From positions 1,344,001-1,408,000 of the forward strand of contig OY820905.2 of NCBI GenBank assembly GCA_963555755.3: a DNA stretch of 64,000 bases, given 5' to 3'. The notes below the pieces were generated by a model. The model searched no databases, was not told where the DNA came from, and was given only the letters and a program-made list of their open reading frames with translations. This stretch comes from Nitrospirales bacterium. Lineage in GTDB: Bacteria; Nitrospirota; Nitrospiria; Nitrospirales; UBA8639. Made by a program: the position numbers and the translations under genes. Of the stretch, positions 63,109 through 64,000 are shown piece after piece; the first letter of the stretch is position 1, and every line of letters begins with the position of its first letter.

Positions 63109-64000
63109 CGGATCTTCCCCCGAGTTTTGGGCGGATTTTTGGCTCTAACCTTTTGATGTCATTGAAGAAGTCACGGTTTGGGCGAGGCCACGTCTCTGCC
63201 TACACATGCACCTTGGCTGGCCGTGTGGTGGTGGCAGGCGGGGTGATCCCCAATGCGGCAAAGATGGTTGCCTGCCTAGCATCGGGGCGAGCCAGCTGAA
63301 GCACCTCCTGCCCGCCGATTGCATGGCGTTGGAAACACAATCGTGACAGGGCCCCCAGGGCGTCTTGAAGGGTCAGCGCCTGGGCGCTCTGCTCCGTCGT
63401 CCCAAACGCCTCCTTCAGGCCTCGCTCGCCTTCCCGGGCCACTTTCAGGGCGAGCATCGCGGCAAAGACATGGCCACGCGTGCGGCTCTCCTTCCGCACA
63501 AAGATGGGGCGCAGTTCGAGCAAGCCCGTCTTCATCGTCCGGAAGTCGCGTTCCACCCGTTGCAGGTCCCGGTACCGGGCATCCACCGTCGCGGCATCCA
63601 TCGTGTCCCGAGCCACATCGGTTTCCAGCACCGAACAGCCATCCAACAGGGCCGCCTCGGCCTGCTTGGCCTCATCAATCTCGACCACAAGCTGGGTCCC
63701 CTGCAGGGCGAGGGTGGTGAAGGCGGAGAGCTTGTGCTTCTTGGCCCACTGGGTCAGCTGCCGCTGTCCCGCCGCCGGGGTGGCCCGCTTGGCCGTCTGG
63801 ACAAACGCATTGCGCGCCGCGACCTTCTGCTGCAGTGTGGCCACTTTGTCCTGACGTCGCGTGGCCACCGTGTGGCGCAACGCCTCATTCCGCCGCAGGA
63901 TCAGCCGACGAGACCCATCCTCCACTTCCTGTATCGTCTCATCAAACAAATTGAGTTGGAGCACATCTTTCTTCAGCAAGGTGCGAATCTGCGGGTCAGT
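63109..64000 (-). mobile_element. Second IS1634 copy, cut by the window edge
   Basis: Near-identical to the element starting at 39296. Confidence 0.93.

Overview
Bacterial chromosomal window; gene content and protein style suggest Nitrospirota (inference). From left to right it holds: (1) a type I-C cas operon (cas3-cas5d-cas8c-cas7, minus strand, running off the left edge) headed by a translationally coupled RHH antitoxin/VapC toxin pair, with an IS1595 just upstream; (2) housekeeping genes (queC, dksA-like, apt, acyP, hemG, hemE, two-subunit biotin carboxylase, GH15, mscS) whose intergenic spaces are full of short inverted-repeat elements (MITEs), many sitting exactly on stop codons and some nested three levels deep; (3) a ~20 kb island bounded by a 46-bp repeat of the tRNA-Gly(CCC) 3' end (29011-48963), carrying surface-glycan genes, a group II twintron, IS1634 inside IS30, IS630 inside a lipoprotein gene, an IS91/ISCR remnant, a cro/cI-like switch, a CxxCH-containing PAS-like protein and a frameshifted integrase; (4) backbone genes (tyrS, comEA, lpdA, gcvH, ndk, GH13, MltF-like, proA, Crp), tRNA-Phe, BrnTA and a second IS1634. 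The strongest hunt result is an RT-encoding group II intron inserted in catalytic domain V of an ORF-deleted group II intron. Its predicted EBS1 matches the domain V strand, while the outer intron's EBS1 matches a locally repeated GGGGTCAAA motif. All calls come from reading the sequence by eye; no database search was run.
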